A stretch of 27,489 bases of DNA, taken from positions 1-27,489 of the forward strand of contig JBHHUM010000026.1 in the NCBI GenBank assembly GCA_046861645.1, in the 5' to 3' direction. The translations under genes and the position numbers were made by a program. Source of the stretch: Fidelibacterota bacterium (GTDB taxonomy: Bacteria; Fidelibacterota; Marinisomatia; Marinisomatales; UBA2128). The notes under the pieces were generated by a model. It did not search any database. It was not told the DNA's origin and saw only the letters and a program-made list of their open reading frames with translations. Of the stretch, positions 1 through 9,887 are shown in pieces. Each line of letters begins with the position of its first letter. Positions within the stretch are counted from its first letter, which is position 1.

Positions 1-104
1 GTTAAACAAAACACCTGGAGCAAATAACGGCTTAGAACATTGTTGTAAAGATCCCCCTGACTGTTCCTGGCCTGAAGGCTGTTCTTGGTGTTGATAACGT
101 TGCT

Positions 105-2258
105 GTGAATTCCATGACAGAGGTCTCTTTAACCGGTAATGTATCTTCCTCATTAACGGGAGGGCCTCTTGAAGGAGCGGAAGTATCTGCAGAGGAGAGT
201 GATTTTGGGTTTGAGTATGCAACCACTACTGATGTCAATGGAGATTATAGTATCGCTGGGTTAAGTGGGACATATTCATTTACTGTGCGAGCCGAAGGAC
301 ACCAGACTGCAACTGCCGATAGTGTGGATGCTAGCGACGGCGCGGTAGTGGATTTTGTACTTGATCCGGATCTACCCGGTGTAGTAGGTCTCGCTGCTGC
401 AGATGCCGGAGACAAGAAAATCCAACTTGAGTGGTTAGAACCCGGCTCTGTGTCTGAGTATGAGCTTTTCTACCACGACGAGGATTATGAATCACAGCTT
501 GGATGTGGAGGCGGATGCTGGTTAGGTACAAAAATGACACCACCGGCTTATCCAGCAACACTGGTAGGTGCTTTCATGGCCTTCCAGGGAGATGCGAATA
601 CTACTGGTGGTACGATTCAGGTCTGGGTTGATCCTTCTGGAAGTGGCGATCCAGCTAATAACGCAGAGCTTATCTGGGAAAGTGATCCTTTTGCTGCTCC
701 CCCAGGAGAGTATTTCTTTGAAATCCCTGATATTGAGATTACTTCGGGTGACTTCTATCTGATGCATAATGAAGCCGCCACGGGGTTCTCCGGAATCGGT
801 ATGGATGAAAGTGGTGGTTATTCTGACCTAATGTTTTATGCCAATACTGATGGTTGGTTTCTCATTGCAGATGTGGGTTATCCCTTTAACTACTTTCAGA
901 CGGCCTACATGGTCGGTGTACCCCCCGGTCTTCAGGGTCCTGCTCTAATTGAGAAGTCTTCTTCTAATATCAGAATGACTGATCCTCAAAGATATAAGCA
1001 GATGTTGAATGTGGTGGATATCTCCATAAAGAATAAATCTCAGATTAAGGAAGCGAACGCTGATCTTAATCCAGCTTTTGTACTGGAGTCCATTGATGAG
1101 TATTTCACAGATCCTGAAACATGGGCTTCCTATGGCACTCTTAACGCACCTGCTCGCGATTCTTCAATTACTGCCCTGGAAGTTTATCGTGATGATTCCT
1201 TAATTGCCACACTGAGTGGAAGTGAGCTCACTTACCTGGATGCTGACACTGATCTTGTGTACGACCAAGAGTATTGTTACTTCGTTCGTACGCAGTGGTA
1301 CATCAGTGAATACGATGCTTCAGTTTATGGTCGTAATTCTAATATAGCCTGTGCCATTCCCCGCCTGTTAGGTGATGTAAATGGTGATCATGTTGTTACT
1401 GTGGATGATATCGTGATCGTTATCGATTTCATCCTTGAACTGGATGTACCTGATGAGCTGGAATTCATGATGGCTGACGTTAATATTGATGGTGCAATTA
1501 ATATTCTTGACGTAGTGAAGATGGTTGATTTCATACTGGGTAAAGCTGCGGGTAATGCCCGTATCTCAGCTTCAAATGGAGAAGCATTGTTTGAGATCAT
1601 GACTACATCCTTCGCTAACAGCTATCCCACCCTCGACGTAGCTTTGAGGTATGAAGGTGATGTTCAGGGTGCCCAGTTCACCTTAAGGTATGATAACAAC
1701 CTGATCTCTCTAGGTGATCCTGTTTTGACTGTAGAGGGTCCTTCTATTTTTACCAAGGAAACTGCTCCAGGAGAAGTGACGGTATTGATTATCAATTTGA
1801 ATGGTGATTATCTAAATTTACCTGAAGGTAGTTTGGTTACCTTCCCAGTGGAAAAAGCAGATGAACGAATGACAGGAAAGATGCAATTTGATTTTATATC
1901 GACTATTGCTGCAGGTCCTTTTGGTCAGGATATTCCCACTGCTTCCAAATCGACAAGTATAGATCTCGATGCTATTCCAGATACTTATGCTTTACATCAG
2001 AACTTCCCGAATCCATTCAATCCTACTACAAGTATCCGTTTCGATCTTAAGGATGAAGGAACAGTAAACATATCCGTTTACAATTTACTGGGTCAGAGAG
2101 TGAAGACGTTGGTTAACACTGATTTAACTGCTGGCTACCATGAAGTAATTTGGAACGGAACAAATGAACAAGGTGCTCCAGTAGGAGCTGGAGTATACAT
2201 TTACTCTCTCTCCAGTGAGTACTTTAATCAAACACGGAAAATGATACTACTTAAATAA
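105..2258 (+). CDS. Secreted/surface multidomain protein, 5'-truncated. Domains: carboxypeptidase-regulatory-like, split FN3, dockerin, cohesin-like, FlgD-Ig/T9SS-type C-terminal domain
   Basis: Motifs: GNVSSSLTGGPLEGAEV..TTDVNGDYSI (CarboxypepD_reg-like); twin EF-hand-like GDVNGDHVVTVDD / ADVNIDGAINILDVV (dockerin, ~1371-1541); DVQGAQFTLRYD (cohesin-like); IPDTYALHQNFPNPFNPTTSIRF..RKMILLK (C-terminal domain). No signal peptide, and the frame is closed upstream by TAG at 33-35. Confidence 0.85.
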   Translation: MNSMTEVSLTGNVSSSLTGGPLEGAEVSAEESDFGFEYATTTDVNGDYSIAGLSGTYSFTVRAEGHQTATADSVDASDGAVVDFVLDPDLPGVVGLAAADAGDKKIQLEWLEPGSVSEYELFYHDEDYESQLGCGGGCWLGTKMTPPAYPATLVGAFMAFQGDANTTGGTIQVWVDPSGSGDPANNAELIWESDPFAAPPGEYFFEIPDIEITSGDFYLMHNEAATGFSGIGMDESGGYSDLMFYANTDGWFLIADVGYPFNYFQTAYMVGVPPGLQGPALIEKSSSNIRMTDPQRYKQMLNVVDISIKNKSQIKEANADLNPAFVLESIDEYFTDPETWASYGTLNAPARDSSITALEVYRDDSLIATLSGSELTYLDADTDLVYDQEYCYFVRTQWYISEYDASVYGRNSNIACAIPRLLGDVNGDHVVTVDDIVIVIDFILELDVPDELEFMMADVNIDGAINILDVVKMVDFILGKAAGNARISASNGEALFEIMTTSFANSYPTLDVALRYEGDVQGAQFTLRYDNNLISLGDPVLTVEGPSIFTKETAPGEVTVLIINLNGDYLNLPEGSLVTFPVEKADERMTGKMQFDFISTIAAGPFGQDIPTASKSTSIDLDAIPDTYALHQNFPNPFNPTTSIRFDLKDEGTVNISVYNLLGQRVKTLVNTDLTAGYHEVIWNGTNEQGAPVGAGVYIYSLSSEYFNQTRKMILLK

Positions 2259-2283
2259 CCATACTCATAACATGAATCAGGGG

Positions 2284-2314
2284 AAGCCCTTCTCTTTGGA
2301 GAGGGGCTTTTCTT
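2284..2314 (+). terminator. Rho-independent terminator
   Basis: AAGCCCTTCTC-TTTG-GAGAGGGGCTT hairpin followed by a T-rich tail, 25 nt after the stop codon. Confidence 0.8.
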
Positions 2315-2358
2315 ATATGAAACTTTTGTCAATCTTCCTCATTGAAGAGTAAATTCAA

Positions 2359-3783
2359 ATGAAAGGAGCAAATATGAAACGATTTATGTTACCAGTAATT
2401 TCGATAATTCTTCTGTCAACATTAAGTGCTGGGTCACTGGACGCAAAGGAATTGAGTGATACTTTCGTTTCCGTTGTGGAAAAAGTGAATGCAGCTGTGG
2501 TTACAATCACCAGTGAAAAAGTTATTACTCAGGAAGGAGATAGATTTCGGCATCCCTTTGAAGAATATTTTGGAGATGACTTTTTTCCATTTCAGTTCAG
2601 GTGGCCGGATAGAGAATATCGAAGCCAAGTGTTGGGTTCGGGTGTTATCGTGGATGCCAGCAATGGGTACATTCTGACCAATAATCATGTGGTTGAAGAA
2701 GCAGATGAAATCACGATTCTGCTTATTGATGAACGAGAATACAAAGCCGAAGTGATCGGTACAGATCCGCAAAGTGATCTGGCAGTTTTAAAGATTAATG
2801 CTGATGGGCTGATAGCAGCAAAGTTAGGTAATTCAGATGAACTGGATGTGGGTGAATGGGTTTTAGCGATTGGCAGCCCTTTTTCGGCTGAGTTAAGTCA
2901 TACGGTAACTGCTGGGATTGTGAGTGCCAAAGGTCGCAGTCGTATTATTAACGGTACCAGTTATGAAGATTTCATTCAAACGGATGCCGCTATTAATCCT
3001 GGGAACAGTGGAGGTGCCCTGGTTGATCTTGATGGTAATCTTGTAGGAATTAACACGGCCATTGCTACAGGAGGTTTTTCCCGGGGGAACGTAGGTGTGG
3101 GATTTGCCATCCCCATTAATCTAGCCCATAGCATTATGGATGCCCTGATTGCAGACGGTAAGGTTATTCGTTCCTGGTTGGGCGTTTACATTCAGGATGT
3201 GGATGATGGTATTGCCCGAGCATTGGGATTAGATGATAGACAGGGGGTAATCGTCACTCGTATTGTTGAGGGGAGCCCGGCTGAAGATGGAGGAATGGAA
3301 GTGGAAGATGTAATTGTTGAATTCGATGGGACTAAGATTCGCGATGCTGCTCACCTTAAGAATGTCGTGTCCTCTACATCTCCAGGCTCAAGATCAGTTG
3401 TCAAGGTCATCAGAAATAATAGAAAAAAGACCATAAGGGTTAATCTGGTTGAATTACCTAAAGACGTTACCGTTTTTGCTTCAGTTCGAGACAGAAGCCG
3501 ATCTCTCGGTATTTTGGCACAGGAATTAACAGACGAATGGCGCCGAAGGCTACGTCTCGATGAGGATATTCAAGGTGTTGTAGTGACAGATATTGACAAT
3601 AGAAGCCCTGCCGCAAAAGCCGAATTGCAAGTTGGAGATGTGATTAAGAGAATCGGTGATACGGTGATACGTGATTTGAAAGACTTTCGTTCCGCTGTGG
3701 ACAGTCTTGGAGAAGGTGAGTCTGTTCTGTTTCTTGTGTTGCGACAAGGATATGCCAGATTTATCACGGTGGAAAACAACTAA
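2359..3783 (+). CDS. degP: DegP/HtrA (Do) serine protease with two PDZ domains; the start may be the ATG at 2374
   Basis: Signal peptide, GSGVIV, TNNHVV (His), SDLAVL (Asp), [14 protein letters not shown] (Ser), two PDZ repeats. Confidence 0.95.
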   Translation: MKGANMKRFMLPVISIILLSTLSAGSLDAKELSDTFVSVVEKVNAAVVTITSEKVITQEGDRFRHPFEEYFGDDFFPFQFRWPDREYRSQVLGSGVIVDASNGYILTNNHVVEEADEITILLIDEREYKAEVIGTDPQSDLAVLKINADGLIAAKLGNSDELDVGEWVLAIGSPFSAELSHTVTAGIVSAKGRSRIINGTSYEDFIQTDAAINPGNSGGALVDLDGNLVGINTAIATGGFSRGNVGVGFAIPINLAHSIMDALIADGKVIRSWLGVYIQDVDDGIARALGLDDRQGVIVTRIVEGSPAEDGGMEVEDVIVEFDGTKIRDAAHLKNVVSSTSPGSRSVVKVIRNNRKKTIRVNLVELPKDVTVFASVRDRSRSLGILAQELTDEWRRRLRLDEDIQGVVVTDIDNRSPAAKAELQVGDVIKRIGDTVIRDLKDFRSAVDSLGEGESVLFLVLRQGYARFITVENN

Positions 3784-3810
3784 ACGCAACTGGTCAATTG
3801 AAGATAAGAG

Positions 3811-3834
3811 AGGGGCTATTACAGCCCCTTTTTT
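3811..3834 (+). terminator. Rho-independent terminator
   Basis: AGGGGCT-ATTAC-AGCCCCT hairpin followed by a T run, downstream of degP. Confidence 0.85.
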
Positions 3835-3959
3835 GATGCTTGAGCTTACTTTCTGAGTAATTTTTCTGTGGGTGGAATTGATTGATTTTCTGAAGGTCTT
3901 TCGGTAACTTCCCCGTCTGAAAATCGCTAACTTTGAATTTTCTGTAGATACTAAAAATC

Positions 3960-6900
3960 ATGTTAAAACCTGTTGATTCAAAAGTTGATTTTGTCGCTCT
4001 TGAGCATAGAGTGCTTGAGTTCTGGAAGAAGAACGACATCTTCCGGAAGCGGGTGGATGCCAACCGTGGCAATCAGAAATGGTCGTTCCTCGATGGACCC
4101 ATTACTGCCAATAATCCCATGGGTGTCCATCACGCCTGGGGCCGGACGTATAAGGATATCTTCCAGCGTTACAAAGCCATGCAAGGTTTCGATCAACGTT
4201 ACCAGAATGGTTTCGACTGCCAGGGTCTCTGGGTTGAAGTAGAAGTGGAAAAAGAACTCGGTTTCAAATCCAAGACGGATATTGAGGAGTATGGTATAGA
4301 AAAATTTGTGGAGGCTTGCAAAGCGAGGGTTCGTAAATATTCAAAGATACAGACCAACCAATCAATTCGTCTGGGTTATTGGATGGATTGGGACAATTCA
4401 TATTACACTATGTCTGATGAAAACAACTATACCATCTGGCACTTTCTTAAGACCTGTCATGAACGCAGTTGGATTTATAAAGGTAATGATGTATTACCTT
4501 GGTGTATAGACTGTGGTGCGGCTCTCAGCGAACACGAAATCGCTACTGAGGGATACGCCGAACGTACACATAAAGCCATCTATCTTCGTTTCCCCTTAAT
4601 GGATGGAGAAGGTGAATCGCTTCTTCTCTGGACTACTACGCCATGGACTTTGACCTCTAATGTCTCGGCTGCCGTCAAGGCTGATATGGATTATGTGAAA
4701 GTAAAGCAGAGTGAAGAGTTTCTCTACTTGGCTGAGAATCGGGTGGACGTACTGAAGGAGAAGGGACCATTCGAAATTGTGGAGAAATTGAAAGGAAAGG
4801 AGCTTATCGGCCGTTCCTATGAAGGTCCCTTTGATTCGCTGGAGGCTCAAAAGGGAGTGGAACATCTTGTCATTGAATGGGATGAGGTCAATGATGAGGA
4901 AGGAACAGGTATTGTCCATATTGCTCCCGGTTGTGGTCATGAGGATCTTATGATTGCTAAAGATTTGGGTTTGGCTATCATTGCCCCCCTGGACGAATTT
5001 GGTACTTATCTGGAAGGATTCGGTTGGCTTACTGGACGAAATGTTCGAGATGTAACTCGGGAGATCTTCGATGATCTGAAAGATCAAGGCAAATTGTATA
5101 AACGTGAGCAATATACCCATCGCTATCCGATTTGCTGGCGACATAAGTCAGATTTGGTTTTCAGGTTGGTGGATGAGTGGTTCATTGCTATGGATGAATT
5201 CCGTCATGACATCATGAAAATCACCGAAGAAATTCAATGGCTTCCAGAATGGGGTAAGGATCGGGAGTTGGATTGGCTTCGTAACATGGATGATTGGATG
5301 ATTTCCAAGAAACGATACTGGGGTCTGGCTTTGCCGATTTTTGAATGTGGTAACTGTGGACATATTACCGTAATTGGAGGTCGAGAGGAACTCCAGCAAA
5401 GAGCTGTGGAAGGGTGGCTTGAGTTTGCGAGTCATTCTCCTCACCGACCGTGGGTGGATGCAGTTAAAATCAAGTGTGATGACTGCCATGACGTAGTTTC
5501 CCGTATTCCAGATGTCGGAAATCCTTGGCTTGATGCAGGTATTGTCCCTTTTTCTACTATGGGTTATTTGGATCGTCCTGATTATTGGAAAGAGTGGTTT
5601 CCAGCAGATTTTATCACTGAGAGTTTTCCGGGACAGTTCAGAAATTGGTTTTATTCCTTGCTTGCCATGAGTGCCGCTTTGGAGCAGAAACCCCCTTTCT
5701 TAACTGTTTTAGGTCACGCCCTGGTTAAGGATGAGAAGGGTGATGATATGCATAAGAGTGCCGGGAATGCAATCTGGTTTGATGAAGCTGCTGAAGAGAT
5801 GGGAGTAGATGTATTACGGTGGATGTTTGCGAAGCAAAACCCGGAACATAATTTACTCTTTGGTTACGGAGCAGCACGAGAAATAAGGAAACAGTTGATC
5901 ACTCTCTGGAATGTTTATTCCTTCTTTGTAACTTATGCTCGATTAGATGAATTTGATCCTGCTGTAGAGTCCGTACAAGACGATTTTACTAAACTGGATC
6001 GTTGGGTTTCTGCCCGTCTGGGTCAACTTGTATTATTAGCTGAAGATTCCTATAATAAGTATCATATTAACCGCCTGATGAAGCAGGTTGTGCGTTTTTT
6101 GGAGGATTTATCCAACTGGTATGTACGACGTAATAGAAGAAGATTTTGGAAAAGTGAAAATGATAATGACAAAGCTGCTGCTTATCACACGCTTTATGCT
6201 GCCTTAAAGGGAGTGTTGGGAGTACTGGCCCCTATTATTCCCTTTGTCACCGAAGCGATGTACCAAAATTTAATACGTGGATTGGAGCCTGACGCCCCGG
6301 AGAGTGTACATCTTTGCCGTTTTCCAGAAGTTGACTCAACCACCATTGATGACGAAGTCATTCGCGATGTAGATGCAGTGATTAAATTGGTGGAAATGGG
6401 TCGACATGCCAGAAACAAGGTAAATCTTAAAATTCGTCAACCCCTGTCCAAACTCCAGTATGCTGTGAAGGATGATGCTCTAGCTAAAGCTTTTGAACAG
6501 AGCTCTTTAGAAATAAAGGATGAACTGAATGTCAAAGAAATTGAACGCGTACCTTCCCCTGAAGAAATGGTAAATTTTACTTTAGAGCCAAACTTCAGGT
6601 CAATTGGTGAAAAATACGGAAGTGATTTACAGCAGATATCAGAACTTTTATCCGAAATAAACTATGCTGATGTAGCTGATGACCTCGAGGGAGACGGCCT
6701 AATCACACTATCGAAAAATGGGTCTGTTTACGAGCTGACTGCGCAGGACATTATTGTTAAAGAAAGTGCTTTACAGGGAAAATCGGCTGTATCAGAGAAA
6801 CATCTTACGGTAGCAGTCATTACTGATCTGACGGAGGAACTTATTCAAGAGGGAATTGTCAGGGATATGATACGACAGGTACAGAACATGCGCAAGGAAG

Positions 6901-7109
6901 CTGGGTTCAACGTAGAAGATCGGATTTCAGTTGATTGCGATGCCCCAGAAAATTTGAAAAAGGCACTACAATCTTTCGAGAACTATTTTTGTAATGAAGT
7001 TCTTGCCGTAAATTTGAACTATACAGGAGCAAACGGGGAGTATTGTAAAGAAGTAGATATCAGAGGCTATAAAGTAAACTATGGTATTTCAAGATTTGAG
7101 CAAAACTGA
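3960..7109 (+). CDS. ileS: Isoleucine--tRNA ligase, type 2 (IleRS2), with a GVHH signature motif
   Basis: DGPITANNPMGVHHAWGR, WTTTPWTLTSN, GTGIVHIAPG, DWMISKKRYWG, DMHKSAGN, and an IleRS2-type C-terminus (EGIVRDMIRQVQNMRK). Confidence 0.97.
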   Translation: MLKPVDSKVDFVALEHRVLEFWKKNDIFRKRVDANRGNQKWSFLDGPITANNPMGVHHAWGRTYKDIFQRYKAMQGFDQRYQNGFDCQGLWVEVEVEKELGFKSKTDIEEYGIEKFVEACKARVRKYSKIQTNQSIRLGYWMDWDNSYYTMSDENNYTIWHFLKTCHERSWIYKGNDVLPWCIDCGAALSEHEIATEGYAERTHKAIYLRFPLMDGEGESLLLWTTTPWTLTSNVSAAVKADMDYVKVKQSEEFLYLAENRVDVLKEKGPFEIVEKLKGKELIGRSYEGPFDSLEAQKGVEHLVIEWDEVNDEEGTGIVHIAPGCGHEDLMIAKDLGLAIIAPLDEFGTYLEGFGWLTGRNVRDVTREIFDDLKDQGKLYKREQYTHRYPICWRHKSDLVFRLVDEWFIAMDEFRHDIMKITEEIQWLPEWGKDRELDWLRNMDDWMISKKRYWGLALPIFECGNCGHITVIGGREELQQRAVEGWLEFASHSPHRPWVDAVKIKCDDCHDVVSRIPDVGNPWLDAGIVPFSTMGYLDRPDYWKEWFPADFITESFPGQFRNWFYSLLAMSAALEQKPPFLTVLGHALVKDEKGDDMHKSAGNAIWFDEAAEEMGVDVLRWMFAKQNPEHNLLFGYGAAREIRKQLITLWNVYSFFVTYARLDEFDPAVESVQDDFTKLDRWVSARLGQLVLLAEDSYNKYHINRLMKQVVRFLEDLSNWYVRRNRRRFWKSENDNDKAAAYHTLYAALKGVLGVLAPIIPFVTEAMYQNLIRGLEPDAPESVHLCRFPEVDSTTIDDEVIRDVDAVIKLVEMGRHARNKVNLKIRQPLSKLQYAVKDDALAKAFEQSSLEIKDELNVKEIERVPSPEEMVNFTLEPNFRSIGEKYGSDLQQISELLSEINYADVADDLEGDGLITLSKNGSVYELTAQDIIVKESALQGKSAVSEKHLTVAVITDLTEELIQEGIVRDMIRQVQNMRKEAGFNVEDRISVDCDAPENLKKALQSFENYFCNEVLAVNLNYTGANGEYCKEVDIRGYKVNYGISRFEQN

Positions 7110-7120
7110 GGGAACAAATC

Positions 7121-7507
7121 ATGGCACGAAAAAAATTATCTAAAGTGAAACTAGCGGAGTTTGAAAAAGTTATTCTTAAAATGAGAGAGAAGGCTTTGGA
7201 AGAGATGGGATTTATCAGAGATAGTTCCATCGATGATACTGCTAATGTTGATTCCATGACCAGAGATTCGAACTATGCTTATCACATGGCTGATGTCGGT
7301 ACAGATGCTCAAGAGCGGGAGAAAGCTTTTCTGTGGCTTACAAGAGAGAAGAATTTTATTCGTTATTTGGATGAAGCACTTGATCGCATAGCCAGTGGAT
7401 CTTATGGCAGTTGCATTGTCTGTGGTGAACTGATACCGGAAGCTCGTCTGTTGGAAGTTCCCCATACTCAACACTGCGTAGAGTGCAAAAACAAAGATAA
7501 CCGCTAA
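7121..7507 (+). CDS. dksA: TraR/DksA C4 zinc-finger protein
   Basis: Coiled coil with HMADVGTD tip; CIVC..PEARL..CVEC zinc finger. Confidence 0.88.
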   Translation: MARKKLSKVKLAEFEKVILKMREKALEEMGFIRDSSIDDTANVDSMTRDSNYAYHMADVGTDAQEREKAFLWLTREKNFIRYLDEALDRIASGSYGSCIVCGELIPEARLLEVPHTQHCVECKNKDNR

Positions 7508-7511
7508 TTAT

Positions 7512-7985
7512 ATGAATGTATTGGCCTGGTCGGGCTTGGTACTGATCCTGGATCAAGTTACCAAGCAAATTATCCGTGCCAATCTTGAACGAGGTGAATC
7601 TCTTCAAGTTATAGGTAATAATGTACTTATTACTCATATTGAGAACCCCGGGATTGCTTTTGGAATTAATATCGAGGGGGGATCATCTTTTTTCATGATG
7701 GCTTCTTTACTGGCAACCTTATTGATTATTATTTATCTCTGGCGCTGGCGTAAGGGATCCCTTTCCATCAGGATTTCGTTGTCGTTGATATTAGGAGGAG
7801 CTTTAGGCAACCTCATTGACAGGTTCTTATTTGGCAAGGTAGTAGATTTTATCCAAGTAGGAGCTGGGGGCTGGTACTGGCCTGTATTTAATGTGGCTGA
7901 TTCGTGTGTGACCATTGGAATGATCCTTTTTCTATATATTTCCTTCTTCAGATTGAAAAGTGAAACTGCCGAGTTAGTCAAATAA
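7512..7985 (+). CDS. lspA: Lipoprotein signal peptidase II
   Basis: DQVTK, NPGIAFG, GGALGNLIDR, VVDFI, FNVADS motifs; follows ileS. Confidence 0.96.
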   Translation: MNVLAWSGLVLILDQVTKQIIRANLERGESLQVIGNNVLITHIENPGIAFGINIEGGSSFFMMASLLATLLIIIYLWRWRKGSLSIRISLSLILGGALGNLIDRFLFGKVVDFIQVGAGGWYWPVFNVADSCVTIGMILFLYISFFRLKSETAELVK

Positions 7986-8945
7986 ATGGGGGTGCTTAAA
8001 CTTACCGCTGATCGTTCTGACATACGTTTGGATCGCTATCTTGCTGATGAAGTGGAAATTCTTTCCCGTACGAAAGCACAGCATAATATTAATGCTCATC
8101 GTGTTCTGGTAGATGGTATCCCCGCTAAACCGAGCCTGCGCTTATCCGGTGGGGAACTCATTCAGATTGATCTGCAGGACAGTCGGGAAATCGACTTGGA
8201 ACCGGTCGAAATGGATCTGGATGTGCTTTATGAAGATAACGATTTAGTGGCCATTAATAAACCAGCTGGATTGGTGGTTCACCCTGGTGCGGGACACCTT
8301 ACGGGGACATTGGTGAATGGATTAATTTATCACTTTAAAGAATTATCTAAAGTTTATGGCTCACAAAGACCGGGTATTGTTCACAGGTTAGATAAGGATA
8401 CTTCTGGGGTACTTCTCATCGCTAAGAATGATCTAACACATATGAACCTCTCTCAACAATTTGCTGAAAGGAAAATAAAGAAGGTCTATTTAGCGCTGGT
8501 GTGGGGTAATCCATCTAAAAAGGAAGGTGTAATTTCAGGTTCTATAAAACGGCATCCTCTTAACAGAAAGAAATTTATAGTCCATGAGGTGGGACGTGAG
8601 GCTGTAACCAGTTATCGTGTTATTGAATCATTTGAGGATTTCTCTTTAATTGAACTACAACCCAGAACGGGAAGGACTCATCAACTTCGAGTGCACATGC
8701 AATCTTTAGGGCACTCAATTTTTGGAGACGGTGTTTATGGGGGCGATAGACCCCGAAACCGCGGGCTCTCCCCTCAAAAAAAGAAAATTGTTACTGCTCT
8801 ATTTAGAATAATGTCAAGGCAGGCTCTCCATGCTCTTTCCATCAGATTTTATCATCCCGGACAGAAGCAGTTTTTGGAACTGATAGCGCCTCTCTCTGAA
8901 GATTTTCAAACTTTACTCACCCTGTTAAGACCTGATTATGCCTGA
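7986..8945 (+). CDS. rluD: RluA-family (RluD-like) pseudouridine synthase with S4 domain
   Basis: RLDRYL S4 domain, NKPAGLVVHP, HRLDKDTSG, TGRTHQLRVH, RQALHA. Confidence 0.9.
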   Translation: MGVLKLTADRSDIRLDRYLADEVEILSRTKAQHNINAHRVLVDGIPAKPSLRLSGGELIQIDLQDSREIDLEPVEMDLDVLYEDNDLVAINKPAGLVVHPGAGHLTGTLVNGLIYHFKELSKVYGSQRPGIVHRLDKDTSGVLLIAKNDLTHMNLSQQFAERKIKKVYLALVWGNPSKKEGVISGSIKRHPLNRKKFIVHEVGREAVTSYRVIESFEDFSLIELQPRTGRTHQLRVHMQSLGHSIFGDGVYGGDRPRNRGLSPQKKKIVTALFRIMSRQALHALSIRFYHPGQKQFLELIAPLSEDFQTLLTLLRPDYA

Positions 8946-9873
8946 TTTAAAGATTAGTTCAGTAGAATCGTTTCTCATTTATCTTAAAAAAGAGCGAGGG
9001 TATTCACATCATTCTATTCGGAGTTATCAAACAGACTTGATCCAGTTCTGTACATTTTTAGATGAATCTTCAGGACAAAAGAGCAATGACTTCAGACTTG
9101 TAACTAAAACGACTATTCGTAATTTTCTGGGTCATCTAATGGAAAAGGGTCTTGCGGAAACTACAGTAGCTCGTCACCTGGCATCGTTGAAGTCCTTTTT
9201 TAAATATTTACTACGATCAGAAGAAGTACAGACAAATCCCGCAGCTAACGTAAAGACTCCCAAGACAAGAAAACGCCTGCCCACTTACCTTGAAGAAGAG
9301 GTAGTGGCTAAATTACTGATGTTGCCGGAGAAGGAGTCTTCCTGGTTAGGTTACAGGGACCGGGCGATATTAGAACTTTTTTACAGTACAGGGATTCGTG
9401 TTAGTGAGTTAGTCAACCTTTCCTGTAAGGATGTCGATCATAAAACCATGCTTGTTAGGGTATTAGGTAAAAGGAACAAGGAAAGGTTAGTTCCGTTTGG
9501 GAAACGAGCGCTTCATGCCATGGAGAAATATATCAGACTGAGAGAGAATCTATTTGGTAAAATAAATTCGTATGATCCTCTATTTATCTCTAATCGTCAG
9601 AAAAGAATTGCTGCTCGAACTGTACGTGATCGCTTGGAGTATTATCTCAAAAAGTTTGAACTTTCTAATGAAGGAGCACGCTACAAAGGGATAAAGTGGA
9701 GTCCACATACTCTCCGACATGCCTTTGCTACTCATATGTTGGACCGAGGTGCAGACATTCGTGCAATTAAGGAATTATTGGGACACGCCAGTCTCTCTTC
9801 TACTCAAGTTTATACGCACCTACAGGTAGAAAAAATAAAGAAAATATTTATACAATCACATCCACATGCGTAA
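8938..9873 (+). CDS. xerC: Tyrosine recombinase XerC
   Basis: SAM-like N-terminal domain, RDRAILELFYSTGIRVSEL, GKRNKER, PHTLRHAFATHML, LLGHASLSSTQVYTH, C-terminal HPHA. No IntI-specific insertion. Confidence 0.9.
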   Translation: MPDLKISSVESFLIYLKKERGYSHHSIRSYQTDLIQFCTFLDESSGQKSNDFRLVTKTTIRNFLGHLMEKGLAETTVARHLASLKSFFKYLLRSEEVQTNPAANVKTPKTRKRLPTYLEEEVVAKLLMLPEKESSWLGYRDRAILELFYSTGIRVSELVNLSCKDVDHKTMLVRVLGKRNKERLVPFGKRALHAMEKYIRLRENLFGKINSYDPLFISNRQKRIAARTVRDRLEYYLKKFELSNEGARYKGIKWSPHTLRHAFATHMLDRGADIRAIKELLGHASLSSTQVYTHLQVEKIKKIFIQSHPHA

Positions 9874-9887
9874 GGAGGTACTATTTA

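Noticed and set aside
3835..3959. T-box leader for ileS
   Set aside because: The region is too short and has no T-box consensus (AAGGTGGTACC-like) sequence.
8938..9873. Tyrosine recombinase as the integron integrase for the attC array
   Set aside because: It lacks the IntI-specific insertion, has XerC-type motifs, sits in a housekeeping operon and lies ~14 kb from the array.
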